From Paracoccus suum (GTDB lineage Bacteria > Pseudomonadota > Alphaproteobacteria > Rhodobacterales > Rhodobacteraceae), in assembly GCF_003324675.1 (NCBI RefSeq), contig NZ_CP030918.1:900001-932000 (forward strand): a stretch of 32,000 nt of DNA, written 5' to 3'. Of the stretch, positions 1 to 8,433 are shown in pieces. Position 1 is the stretch's first letter. The number at the start of each line of letters is the position of its first letter. The notes under the pieces were generated by a model. The model was not told where the DNA came from, searched no databases, and was given only the letters and a program-made list of their open reading frames with translations. The position numbers and the translations under genes were made by a program.

Positions 1-1224
1 GGTCGGGGTGGAATCGGTGCTGCACGGATTGGCGAGGTGCTTGTTCTCGCTCATCAGCGCGGCGGTGGTGACCTCGGCGATCATCAGGCCGCTGTTCAGC
101 CCGGGGGCTGGGGTCAGGAACGGCGGCAGCCCGAAGGACAGGGCCGGATCGACCATCAGCGCCACCCGCCGCTGGGCGATGGCGCCAATCTCGGCCACGG
201 CGAGGGCGATCTGGTCGGCGGCAAAGGCGACGGGTTCGGCGTGAAAGTTCCCGCCCGAGACGATGGTCCCGTCCGACAGGACCAGCGGGTTGTCGGTGAC
301 GGCATTCGCCTCGACCAACAGGGTGTGGGCGGCAAAGCGCAGCAGGTCCAGCGCGGCGCCGGTCACCTGCGGCTGGCAGCGGATGCAATAGGGGTCCTGC
401 ACGCGGCTGTCGCCCTCGCGATGCGATTCGCGGATCGCGCTGCCGTCCAGCAGGCGCCGCATCTCGGCCGCGACCTCGATCTGGCCGCGATGGCCGCGCA
501 GGCTGTGGATCTCGGCCGCGGTGGGCGCGGTGCTGCCCATGATCGCGTCGGTCGACAGCGCGCCGGTGACGATCGCCGCGCGGGCGCAGGCCATGGCGCG
601 AAACAGCCCGATCAGCGCAAGCGCGGTCGAGAACTGGGTGCCGTTGATCAGCGCCAGCCCCTCTTTCGCACCCAGCACGACCGGGGTCAGGCCAGCACGG
701 GCCAACGCATCGCCGCCGGGCAGGCGCTCGCCGTCCAGGAACGCTTCGCCGGCGCCGATCATGACCGCCGCCATATGCGCCAGCGGCGCCAGGTCGCCCG
801 AGGCGCCGACGCTGCCCTGTTCGGGCACCACCGGGGTCACGCCCTTGGCCAGCATCCCCTCGATCAGGGTGACGATGTCGGGGCGCACGCCCGAAGCGCC
901 GCGGCCGAGCGACAGCAGCTTTAGCGTCATCATCAGGCGCACGGCGTCGATATCGGTTGCCGGCCCCACGCCGCAGCAATGCGACAGGATCAGGTTGCGT
1001 TGCAGCGTCGCCGTATCGCCCGGCGCGATGCGCACGCTAGCCAGTTTGCCAAAGCCGGTGTTGACCCCGTAGACTGCGGCATCGCCCGCCGAGGCGGCGG
1101 CGATCCGCGCCGCCGATGCCTCGATCGCCGGCATGGCGCCTGGGTCGAGGCGGGCGGGCAGGCCCTCGCGCCAGATGGTTTCCAACTGCGCGAGGCTGGC
1201 CTCGCCGGGGATGAGTGTCAGCAC
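1..1224 (-). CDS. hutH: histidine ammonia-lyase (histidase), 3' end truncated by window edge
   Basis: Not in the ORF track because it is open at the window edge. I translated the minus strand in the frame starting at GTG 1224. It gives [22 protein letters not shown]..., then [11 protein letters not shown], then the MIO-forming signature [12 protein letters not shown] (Ala-Ser-Gly at 804..796). The frame stays open to position 1. The start overlaps the hutI stop (GTGCTGA). Confidence 0.9.
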   Translation of the reverse strand, partial: MLTLIPGEASLAQLETIWREGLPARLDPGAMPAIEASAARIAAASAGDAAVYGVNTGFGKLASVRIAPGDTATLQRNLILSHCCGVGPATDIDAVRLMMTLKLLSLGRGASGVRPDIVTLIEGMLAKGVTPVVPEQGSVGASGDLAPLAHMAAVMIGAGEAFLDGERLPGGDALARAGLTPVVLGAKEGLALINGTQFSTALALIGLFRAMACARAAIVTGALSTDAIMGSTAPTAAEIHSLRGHRGQIEVAAEMRRLLDGSAIRESHREGDSRVQDPYCIRCQPQVTGAALDLLRFAAHTLLVEANAVTDNPLVLSDGTIVSGGNFHAEPVAFAADQIALAVAEIGAIAQRRVALMVDPALSFGLPPFLTPAPGLNSGLMIAEVTTAALMSENKHLANPCSTDSTPT

Positions 1225-2405
1225 GGGCGGCCCTCGAAATAGCGGCGGTAAAGCGGATTGAATCCAATGCGGTAGGTCAGCTCGGCCGGGGCGCGCGCGT
1301 CCCAGACGGCTAGGTCGGCGCGCAATCCGGGCGCCAGGCGGCCGCAATCGGCCAGGCCCAGCGCGCGGGCGGCGTTGAGGGTGACGCCGCGCAGGCATTC
1401 CTCGGGCGTCAGGCGGAACAGGGTCGCGCCCATGTTCATCGTCAGCAGCAGCGAGGTCAGCGGTGAGGTGCCGGGATTGGCGTCGGTCGCGAGCGCCATC
1501 ACCGTCCCGGCCTCGCGGAAGGCGGCGACGGGCGGCATCTGCGTCTCGCGCAGGGTATAGAAGGCGCCCGGCAGCAGGGTCGCGACGCTGCCGGCGGCGG
1601 CCAGCAGTCGAGCGTCGGCTGCCGTCGCATATTCGACGTGATCGGCCGAAAGGCCGCCGCGCGCTGCGATCAGTTCGCTGCCGCCCATGTGAGATAACTG
1701 CTCGGCGTGCAGCTTGACCGGAAGGCCAAGTTCGGCGGCGACATCGAACAGCCGGGCCATCTGCGCGGTTGAAAAGGCGATGCCCTCGCAGAACCCGTCG
1801 ACCGCATCGACCAGCCCCTCGGCATGGGCGGCGCGCAGGCCGGGGATCGCGACCTCGTCCAGATAGGCGTCGTCGCGCCCCTTGTATTCCGGGGGCGTCG
1901 CATGGGCGGCGAGCCAAGTGGTGACGATGCGGACCGGGCGCTCGGCTGCCAGCCGGCGCGCCGCGCGCAGCATCTTCAGTTCATGGTCGATGGTCAGGCC
2001 ATAGCCGGATTTCACCTCGACGGTGCAGGCGCCCTCGGCCAGCAGCGCGTCGAGGCGCGGCAAGGCCTGCGCCACCAGTTCATCCTCGGACGCGCTGCGG
2101 GTCGCGGTGACGGTCGACAGGATGCCGCCGCCGGCGCGGGCGATATCCTCGTAGGATGCGCCCTCGAGCCGCATCTCGAATTCGCGCGCGCGCTCGCCGC
2201 CATGGACCAGATGGGTGTGGCAGTCGATCATGCCGGGGGTGACAAGGCGGCCGCCGAGGCTCTCGCTGGCGCCATCGCCCGGTCCCGCGCCCGCGCCGAG
2301 GGCAGAGATGCGGCCATCCTCGATCCGCAGCCAGCCATCGACAATGCCATAGCCGGGACCGTCGAGGGTCGCCAAGCGGGCATCGGTGAGGGTCAGGCCG
2401 GACAT
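1218..2405 (-). CDS. hutI: imidazolonepropionase
   Basis: 395-aa ORF. Amidohydrolase metal-binding motif DCHTHLV near the N-terminus and full-length HutI-like sequence. Lies directly upstream of hutH with an overlapping stop/start. Confidence 0.93.
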   Translation of the reverse strand: MSGLTLTDARLATLDGPGYGIVDGWLRIEDGRISALGAGAGPGDGASESLGGRLVTPGMIDCHTHLVHGGERAREFEMRLEGASYEDIARAGGGILSTVTATRSASEDELVAQALPRLDALLAEGACTVEVKSGYGLTIDHELKMLRAARRLAAERPVRIVTTWLAAHATPPEYKGRDDAYLDEVAIPGLRAAHAEGLVDAVDGFCEGIAFSTAQMARLFDVAAELGLPVKLHAEQLSHMGGSELIAARGGLSADHVEYATAADARLLAAAGSVATLLPGAFYTLRETQMPPVAAFREAGTVMALATDANPGTSPLTSLLLTMNMGATLFRLTPEECLRGVTLNAARALGLADCGRLAPGLRADLAVWDARAPAELTYRIGFNPLYRRYFEGRPC

Positions 2406-2439
2406 GGGGCGTTTCCGTGATTCGGTGCTTGCAGGGAGG

Positions 2440-2457
2440 ATTATGTCTGCACATAAT
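2440..2457. promoter_or_regulatory. candidate HutC operator: perfect palindrome ATTATGT-CTGC-ACATAAT in the hutI/hutF divergent promoter region
   Basis: 7-bp inverted arms read directly from the sequence. This is the only AT-rich spot in the 79-bp intergenic region. It has a GT...AC core, as in HutC/GntR operators. Each arm reads CATAAT (-10-like) towards its own gene, about 28 nt from each start codon. Confidence 0.45.
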
Positions 2458-2484
2458 AGGACCTGTCAACAGCGGGAGTCGGCG

Positions 2485-3882
2485 ATGTCAGGTCAGCTCG
2501 GGTCGGATCAACTGGCGCGCGAAATCTGGGCGGCACGGGCTTTGCTGCCCGGCGGCTGGGCCGATGGTGTCAGCCTGCGTGTTGAGCCGGATGGACGCAT
2601 CGGCCAGATCGCGACCGGGACCATGGCCAGCGCGGGGGCGCAGCAGGTCGAGACCTTGCTGCCCGCGCCGACCAACCTGCACAGCCACGCATTCCAGCGC
2701 GCCATGGCCGGCCTGACCGAGCGGCGCGGCAGAGATCCGCGCGACAGCTTCTGGACCTGGCGCCAGTTGATGTACCGCTTTCTGGACCAGTTGACGCCCG
2801 ACGACGTCGAGGCCATCGCCGCCTTCGTGCAGATGGAAATGGCCGAGGCAGGTTACGGTGCCTCGGTCGAGTTTCACTACCTGCATCACGATCAGGGCGG
2901 CCGCCCCTATACCGATCTGGCCGAGATGTCGGCCCGGATCGCCGCCGCGGCGCAGACCAGCGGCCTCGGCCTGACGCTGCTGCCGGTGCTGTATCAGCGC
3001 GGCGGGATGGACGGGCGGGCGCTGATCGCGGGCCAGGATCGGTTCGGCAACGATCTCGACTGCTATGCCCGGCTGGTGCAGGGCGCCGCGGACGCGGTCG
3101 CTGCGCTGTCCGCCGACAGTCGCACCGGTGTCGCGCCGCACAGCCTGCGCGCGGTCGATGCTGCGGGCATCGCCCATGCCGTGACCCTGACCGATGGCCC
3201 GATTCATATCCACCTGGCCGAGCAGATCGCCGAGGTGGACGAGGTCCTGGCCGCGACCGGACAGCGCCCGGTCGAATGGCTGCTGGACCACGTCCCGGTC
3301 GGGCCGCGCTGGTGCATGATCCACGCTACCCAGATGACCCCGGACGAAACCCTGCGCCTTGCCGCCAGCGGCGCTGTCGCCGGGTTATGTCCGATCACCG
3401 AAAGCAGCCTTGGCGACGGCATCTTCGATGGCGTGCGCTGGACGGGGGCGGGCGGCGCCTGGGGGATCGGCAGCGACAGCAATATCCGCATCTCGCTGAC
3501 CGAGGAGTTGCGAACCCTCGATTACTCGCAGCGTCTGCGCGACCACTCGCGGGCGGCACTGGCGGATGCGGAGCGCTCGACCGGACGCGCGCTGTGGGAC
3601 GGTGCCGCGGCGGGCGGCGCGCAAGCGGGTGGCCGCGACAGCGGCGCGATCGCGAGCGGCAAATGGGCCGATCTGGTGGCGATCGGCGATCTGGGGCCGG
3701 ACGGCATCGGCCGCAGCGGCGACCTGCTCCTCGACACGCTGATCTTCGCGCGCGACGACCGAGAGGTGACCGACCTGTGGTCCGCCGGCCGGCATTTGGT
3801 CAGCGGCGGCCGCCACGGCGCCCGGGAGGCGATCATCGCGCGCTATGCCGCGGTCATGACGCGCCTGCGCGATGTCCTCTGA
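2485..3882 (+). CDS. hutF: formimidoylglutamate deiminase
   Basis: Amidohydrolase-superfamily protein with PAPTNLHSHAFQRAMAG (HxH metal site), about 465 aa. Sits in the hut cluster directly before hutC. I chose the ATG at 2485, which is preceded by GGGAG. The track ORF from 2386 would cover the shared promoter region. Confidence 0.85.
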   Translation: MSGQLGSDQLAREIWAARALLPGGWADGVSLRVEPDGRIGQIATGTMASAGAQQVETLLPAPTNLHSHAFQRAMAGLTERRGRDPRDSFWTWRQLMYRFLDQLTPDDVEAIAAFVQMEMAEAGYGASVEFHYLHHDQGGRPYTDLAEMSARIAAAAQTSGLGLTLLPVLYQRGGMDGRALIAGQDRFGNDLDCYARLVQGAADAVAALSADSRTGVAPHSLRAVDAAGIAHAVTLTDGPIHIHLAEQIAEVDEVLAATGQRPVEWLLDHVPVGPRWCMIHATQMTPDETLRLAASGAVAGLCPITESSLGDGIFDGVRWTGAGGAWGIGSDSNIRISLTEELRTLDYSQRLRDHSRAALADAERSTGRALWDGAAAGGAQAGGRDSGAIASGKWADLVAIGDLGPDGIGRSGDLLLDTLIFARDDREVTDLWSAGRHLVSGGRHGAREAIIARYAAVMTRLRDVL

Positions 3883-4579
3883 CCCGGTCCCGGAAAGCCC
3901 CGCCGGCTGGCAGTCGGTGCGCGACGCGGTCATGGCCCGCATCCGTGCACGCACCTACGCGCCCGGCGCGCTAATCCCCAACGAGGCCGACCTCGCCGTC
4001 GAATTCGGCGTTGCCCGCGCCACCGTCAATCGCGCCCTGCGCGCCCTCGCGGACGAGGGCTTCCTGGAACGGCGGCGCAAGGCCGGCACCCGGGTCGCCT
4101 CCGCCCCTGTCCGCAAGGCCGTCCTGCCGATCCCGTTGACCCGGGCCGAGGTCGAGGCGACGGGCGCCGTCTACAGCTTTGAACTGCTGCTGCGCGAGAC
4201 CGCCGTGCCACCCCCCGACGTTGCCGAGGCGCTCGGCACCGGCCCCCGCGCGCTGCTGCATCTGGTGACCCTGCATCGCGGCGGCGCGCAGCCCGCCGTG
4301 CTGGAAGACCGTTGGGTCGACCTCGTCACTGCGCCGGGCCTTGCCGAGATCGATCTGACTGCGGTCAATCCCAACGAATGGCTGGTCCATAACCTTCCCT
4401 ATACCCATGGAACCATGGCCTTTTCGGCTCAGGCAGCTGGGGCGCGGGCGCAGGCCCTGGATTGCGCACCGGGCGACAGCATCATGGTGCTGACCCGCGC
4501 CACCTGGCTGGAAGACGCGCCGATCACCCATGTACGCCAGTGCTTTCCCCCCGGTCGCAACCTGACCTTGCAGCTTTGA
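3872..4579 (+). CDS. hutC: histidine utilisation repressor, GntR family (HutC subfamily)
   Basis: N-terminal winged HTH (EADLAVEFGVARATVNRALRALADEGFLERRRKAGTRV) plus a UTRA-like C-terminal domain, 235 aa. Overlaps the hutF stop by 11 nt. Confidence 0.88.
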   Translation: MSSDPVPESPAGWQSVRDAVMARIRARTYAPGALIPNEADLAVEFGVARATVNRALRALADEGFLERRRKAGTRVASAPVRKAVLPIPLTRAEVEATGAVYSFELLLRETAVPPPDVAEALGTGPRALLHLVTLHRGGAQPAVLEDRWVDLVTAPGLAEIDLTAVNPNEWLVHNLPYTHGTMAFSAQAAGARAQALDCAPGDSIMVLTRATWLEDAPITHVRQCFPPGRNLTLQL

Positions 4580-4628
4580 CGTCTTTGCCGCAGGTTTCCG
4601 CGCGCCCCCATTTTCCGGACAGGACGCG

Positions 4629-5330
4629 ATGATGTCAGACCTCCTCTTTTCCGCACCCGACTGGCCGCTGCTGACGATGAGGGGTAGCGAGCGGCGCATC
4701 CCGGTGCGGCGGGTGTTCTGCGTCGGCCGCAACTATGCCGCCCATGCGGCCGAGATGGGGAACGAAGTCGACCGCGAGGCGCCGTTCTATTTCACCAAAT
4801 CTGCGCTTGCCGTGCTGCCCTGCGGCCCCGAGGGCGTCACCATGGCCTATCCGCCGGGAACGTCCGACCTGCACCACGAGGTCGAACTGGCCGTGATCCT
4901 CGGCGCGCCGGCCTTTCGCGTCCCCGAGGCCGAGGCGATGTCGATCGTCGCGGGTTATGCCTGCGCGCTCGACATGACGCGCCGCGATCTGCAGGCCAAG
5001 GCCAAGGACAAGCGCCGGCCGTGGTCGCTGGGCAAGGATTTCGAGGATTCCGCGATCATCGGCGATGTCACCCCGGCAGCGGACTGGGGTGCGCCTGGCA
5101 GGCAGGCGATCAAACTGTCGGTGGACGGGACAGTGCGGCAGGAGTCCCAGCTGGACCTGATGGTCTGGTCGGTCGCGGCGCTGATTGCAGACCTGTCGGG
5201 CTTTTACCACCTTCAGCCCGGCGACGTGATCCTTACCGGCACCCCGGAGGGTGTCGGCGCGGTCGAACCCGGTGCGCGGCTGACTGGCAGCATCGAGGGT
5301 CTGGCTCCACTCGACGTAACCATCGCCTGA
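4629..5330 (+). CDS. fumarylacetoacetate hydrolase (FAH) family protein
   Basis: 233 aa. Contains RVFCVGRNYAAHAAEMG and HHEVELAVILG, typical of the small FAH/HpcE-type hydratase-isomerase fold. The ATG at 4632 is an equally possible start. Confidence 0.8.
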   Translation: MMSDLLFSAPDWPLLTMRGSERRIPVRRVFCVGRNYAAHAAEMGNEVDREAPFYFTKSALAVLPCGPEGVTMAYPPGTSDLHHEVELAVILGAPAFRVPEAEAMSIVAGYACALDMTRRDLQAKAKDKRRPWSLGKDFEDSAIIGDVTPAADWGAPGRQAIKLSVDGTVRQESQLDLMVWSVAALIADLSGFYHLQPGDVILTGTPEGVGAVEPGARLTGSIEGLAPLDVTIA

Positions 5331-5336
5331 TACGGC

Positions 5337-5361
5337 GGGCCGCAGGCCTTGTGCGCGGCCC
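5337..5361 (+). terminator. weak GC hairpin between the FAH and ALDH genes
   Basis: GGGCCGC (5337-5343) pairs with GCGGCCC (5355-5361) around an 11-nt loop, followed by TTCC. There is no real U-tract. Confidence 0.25.
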
Positions 5362-5404
5362 TTCCGATCGAACCAAACCGACCGCCCACAGACAGGAAGG
5401 CGCC

Positions 5405-6862
5405 ATGGCTGACACCGACAATCCCCTCTGGTTCGCGGCGGATGAGATTCTGGTCGGCGGCGTCTGGCATCGTCCGGCGGGGGAAGGACTGGCGGTCCTC
5501 GATCCCTCTACCGGGGCGCAGATTGCCACCATCTCGCGCGGCGGGCCGGCAGAAATCGATGCCGCCGTCGCCGCTGCCCGTGCGGCCTTGCACGGGCCCT
5601 GGGGCGGGTTGACCGCGGCCGAGCGGGGGCGGCTGATGATGGCGCTGTCCGCCCGCGTGATCGAACGCGCGGACGATCTCGCCCGGCTCGAGGCGCTGGA
5701 TGTCGGCAAGCCGCTGCGGCAGGCCCGCGCCGATGCCCTCGCCCTCGCGCGGTATTTCGAGTTCTACGCCGGCGCCTGCGACAAGCTGATGGGCGAGACG
5801 ATTCCATATCTGAACGGCTACACGGTCTGGACCCTGCGCGAGCCGCATGGCGTCACCGCCCATATCGTGCCGTGGAACTACCCGATGCAGATCCTTGGGC
5901 GCTCGGTCGGCGCGGCCTTGGCGATGGGCAACGCCTGCGTCGTCAAGCCGGCCGAGGATGCCTGCCTGACGGCCCTCGCGCTGGGCAGGCTCGCGGATGA
6001 GGTCGGCTTTCCCCCGGGCGCGATCAACATCGTCACCGGCCTCGGGGCCGAGGCGGGCGCGGCGCTGGCTGGCCATCCCGGGGTCGATCACGTCAGCTTC
6101 ACCGGCTCGGTCGGGGTCGGGCGGGCCATCCAGACGGCGGCCGCCGCGAACCTCGTCCCGGTGACGCTGGAGCTTGGCGGGAAATCCCCGCAACTGGTGT
6201 TCGCCGACGCGGATCTTGACCGGGCGCTGCCGTTTCTGGTCAACGCCGGCATCCAGAACGCCGGCCAGACCTGTTCTTGTGGCGCGCGCGTGCTGGTCGA
6301 GCGCAGCCGCATGGACGAGGTGACGGCCCGCATGGCCGCCGCCTACGAGGCCCTGCGGGTCGGCCCGGCGCTGGATGATCTGGACGTCGGCCCCATCATC
6401 TCGGCCCGGCAAAAGGCGACGGTCGAGGGCTTTCTGGCGCAGGGCACCGACCTGACCACTGCGGCCTGCGGCCAGATCGTCGATGGCGCGCCGGAGGGGG
6501 GGTTCTATGTCGCCCCGACGCTGTTCACCGGGGTCGGCCCGGACCACGTCCTCGCGCAGCAGGAGATCTTTGGCCCGGCGCAGGTCATCATTCCCTTCGA
6601 CGACGAGGCCGAGGCCATCGCTATCGCCAACGGCACCCAATACGGGCTGGTCGCCGGGGTGTGGACGTCCGATCTGGGACGCGGCCTGCGCCTGACGCGT
6701 GCGGTCCGCGCCGGGCAGGTGTTCGTGAACAACTACGGCGCCGGGGGCGGGGTCGAACTGCCGTTCGGCGGCAGCGGCCATTCCGGCCACGGCCGCGAGA
6801 AGGGATTCGAGGCGCTCTACGGATTTTCGACCCTCAAGACCGTGGCGGCCTGGCACGGGTGA
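5405..6862 (+). CDS. NAD(P)+-dependent aldehyde dehydrogenase family protein
   Basis: ALDH signatures ELGGKSP and NAGQTCSCGARV (catalytic Cys). I chose the ATG at 5405 (MADTDNPLWF...), which is preceded by AGGAAGG. The track ORF from 5021 overlaps the FAH gene in another frame. Confidence 0.9.
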   Translation: MADTDNPLWFAADEILVGGVWHRPAGEGLAVLDPSTGAQIATISRGGPAEIDAAVAAARAALHGPWGGLTAAERGRLMMALSARVIERADDLARLEALDVGKPLRQARADALALARYFEFYAGACDKLMGETIPYLNGYTVWTLREPHGVTAHIVPWNYPMQILGRSVGAALAMGNACVVKPAEDACLTALALGRLADEVGFPPGAINIVTGLGAEAGAALAGHPGVDHVSFTGSVGVGRAIQTAAAANLVPVTLELGGKSPQLVFADADLDRALPFLVNAGIQNAGQTCSCGARVLVERSRMDEVTARMAAAYEALRVGPALDDLDVGPIISARQKATVEGFLAQGTDLTTAACGQIVDGAPEGGFYVAPTLFTGVGPDHVLAQQEIFGPAQVIIPFDDEAEAIAIANGTQYGLVAGVWTSDLGRGLRLTRAVRAGQVFVNNYGAGGGVELPFGGSGHSGHGREKGFEALYGFSTLKTVAAWHG

Positions 6863-6904
6863 GGCTTCAGCCTGCCGTCAAACGGATGATGCCTGCCCCG
6901 AGCC

Positions 6905-8308
6905 TCAGGCAGGCGTCGCCGAATAGGGCGCAAACCGGGTCGAATCCGGGTCCACCGCCAGGGGCCGGGCGACCATCGGAAATGCGCGTTGCGGGCAGTT
7001 CTCGCGCACGCAGGTCTTGCAGGCCGGGCCGATGGGGGTGACGACAGCCGGATCATGGCTGTTCAGGTCGAGGCCGCGGGCATAGACCAACCGCCCCGCA
7101 TGGGCGACGTCGCAGCCGATCGCCAGCGCAAAGGTCTTTCGGATCGCGCCATAGTGCCGCGACGGGCTGATGATGCTGCGCGTGACCCAGAAATAGCGCC
7201 GCCCGTCCGGCATCTCGGCGATCTGGGTCAGGATCTCGCCGGGGTGGTCGAACGCGGCGTGGACCCGCCATAGCGGGCAGCTGCCGCCGATCTTGCTGAA
7301 ATGGAAATCGGTCGCCGACTGGCGCTTGCTGATATTTCCTGCCCGGTCGACACGCAGGAAAAAGAACGGAACGCCCCGCGCGTCGGGCCGCTGCAGGGTC
7401 GAGAGGCGATGGCAGGTCGCCTCGAACCCGCAGCCGAAAGCGCGGCCGAGGCGGTCGATGTCATAGCCAACCTCCTCGGCCATGCGCCGAAAAGCGCCAT
7501 AGGGCATCAGCACAGCGCCGGCATAGTAATGCGCCAGCCCGATCCGCGCCAGCTTGGCCGCCGTCTCGCCAGAAAAGCGCGCGCTGGCCAAGACCTCGTC
7601 GATCGCCTCGGCACCCTCGATCAGGGCGATCTGGACCGCCAGTTGAAAGGCGATCTGGCCCTCGGTCAGGTTCGCCAGCAGGGTCAGCTCGCGCCGGTCG
7701 CGGTCGAACTGGCGCAAGGCAGGGGCATTCTTTTGCCGGCGCAGGGTGATGCCGTGGCGAGATTGCAGCCGCGCGGCGAGGCCGGGCACTGACAGCGGCT
7801 CGGGCAGCGGGCTGTCCGCTGACATCCGCTCGGCCTGGGCATCCAGCGTCGGGAAATAGTTGCGGTGGTCATAGATGAAATCGCGCACCTCCTCATAGGC
7901 GGTGGGCGGGGGCAGATCGGCGCCGTGGCCGATGGCGATGGCGGTGGCGCGGTCCTCGGCCTCGCGCGCGGCGCGATGCAGGGCCACGATGCGCTGGGCG
8001 ATGGCGGGGCTGGTCGTCACCAGATCGGCGAGGCTGGCGGCACCTACCGAGGGATCGCCGACGAACGCCTCGCGCAATTCGGCCAAAAGGCGCGTGTCGC
8101 CTTCGGCCGAAAAGGGCTGCAAGTCCGTCCCCAGCGTCGCGTTCAGCCGTGCCAGGACCTGCGCGGTTAGCGGCCGCTGGTTGCGCTCCAGCTGGTTGAG
8201 ATAGCTTGGCGAAATTCCCAGGCGCTGGGCCAGCGCGGCCTGCGTCAGCCCTTGGCCCTCGCGCAGCTGGCGCAGGCGGCCGCCAAGGAAAGCCTTTGTC
8301 GCACCCAT
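6905..8308 (-). CDS. short-chain fatty acyl-CoA regulator (ScfR) family transcription factor, RamB/PrpR-like: XRE HTH plus ImmA/IrrE-like domain plus C-terminal Cys cluster
   Basis: N-terminal XRE HTH (LTQAALAQRLGISPSYLNQLERNQRP), 467 aa. C-terminal ACKTCVRENC (C-x2-C-x4-C). Divergent from isocitrate lyase, the arrangement known for RamB. Confidence 0.8.
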   Translation of the reverse strand: MGATKAFLGGRLRQLREGQGLTQAALAQRLGISPSYLNQLERNQRPLTAQVLARLNATLGTDLQPFSAEGDTRLLAELREAFVGDPSVGAASLADLVTTSPAIAQRIVALHRAAREAEDRATAIAIGHGADLPPPTAYEEVRDFIYDHRNYFPTLDAQAERMSADSPLPEPLSVPGLAARLQSRHGITLRRQKNAPALRQFDRDRRELTLLANLTEGQIAFQLAVQIALIEGAEAIDEVLASARFSGETAAKLARIGLAHYYAGAVLMPYGAFRRMAEEVGYDIDRLGRAFGCGFEATCHRLSTLQRPDARGVPFFFLRVDRAGNISKRQSATDFHFSKIGGSCPLWRVHAAFDHPGEILTQIAEMPDGRRYFWVTRSIISPSRHYGAIRKTFALAIGCDVAHAGRLVYARGLDLNSHDPAVVTPIGPACKTCVRENCPQRAFPMVARPLAVDPDSTRFAPYSATPA

Positions 8309-8317
8309 CTTCGCAAC

Positions 8318-8373
8318 CTTTGCAAATCGGCCTTGCAGGCTTTGCAGGCCCTCGCCTTTTCTGGGATTTGCAG
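8318..8373. promoter_or_regulatory. array of four direct (T/C)TTGCA(A/G)(A/G) repeats; candidate ScfR/RamB operator in the regulator/aceA divergent promoter
   Basis: TTTGCAAA 8318-8325, CTTGCAGG 8331-8338, TTTGCAGG 8340-8347, TTTGCAGG 8366-8373. The first copy sits in the context AACCTTTGCAAA, which resembles the RamB motif A(A/G)AACTTTGCAAA and the TTTGCAAA-N4-TTTGCAAA motif I recall for PccR-type ScfR regulators. Confidence 0.5.
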
Positions 8374-8433
8374 GTCGAAGTCGAGGCCCTAGCTTGGCGT
8401 CAACCTTCGACAGCCTTCACAAGGAGCATTCGC

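Noticed and set aside
5213-6856. Long ORFs antisense or out of frame to recognisable genes. Examples: 37..924 and 521..1072 (over hutH), 5213..6856 (over ALDH), 8638..10464 (over aceA/orf76/thioesterase), 16816..18426 (over flhA), 24536..25816 (over thiolase), 27868..29811 (over flavoprotein/holA), 20154..21101 and 19895..20983 (over fliL/orf127).
   Set aside because: Their translations are dominated by Arg/Gly/Ala/Pro/Asp/His low-complexity strings with no recognisable motifs. The opposite or alternative frame in each case encodes a full-length, motif-bearing protein. Stop-free shadow frames are expected in high-G+C DNA.
6863-6904. Short inverted repeat GCCTGCC...GGCAGGC between the convergent ALDH and regulator genes.
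   Set aside because: It is probably an ordinary bidirectional terminator. The stem is only 7 bp with a 10-nt loop and no U-tract, which is too weak to list as a feature.
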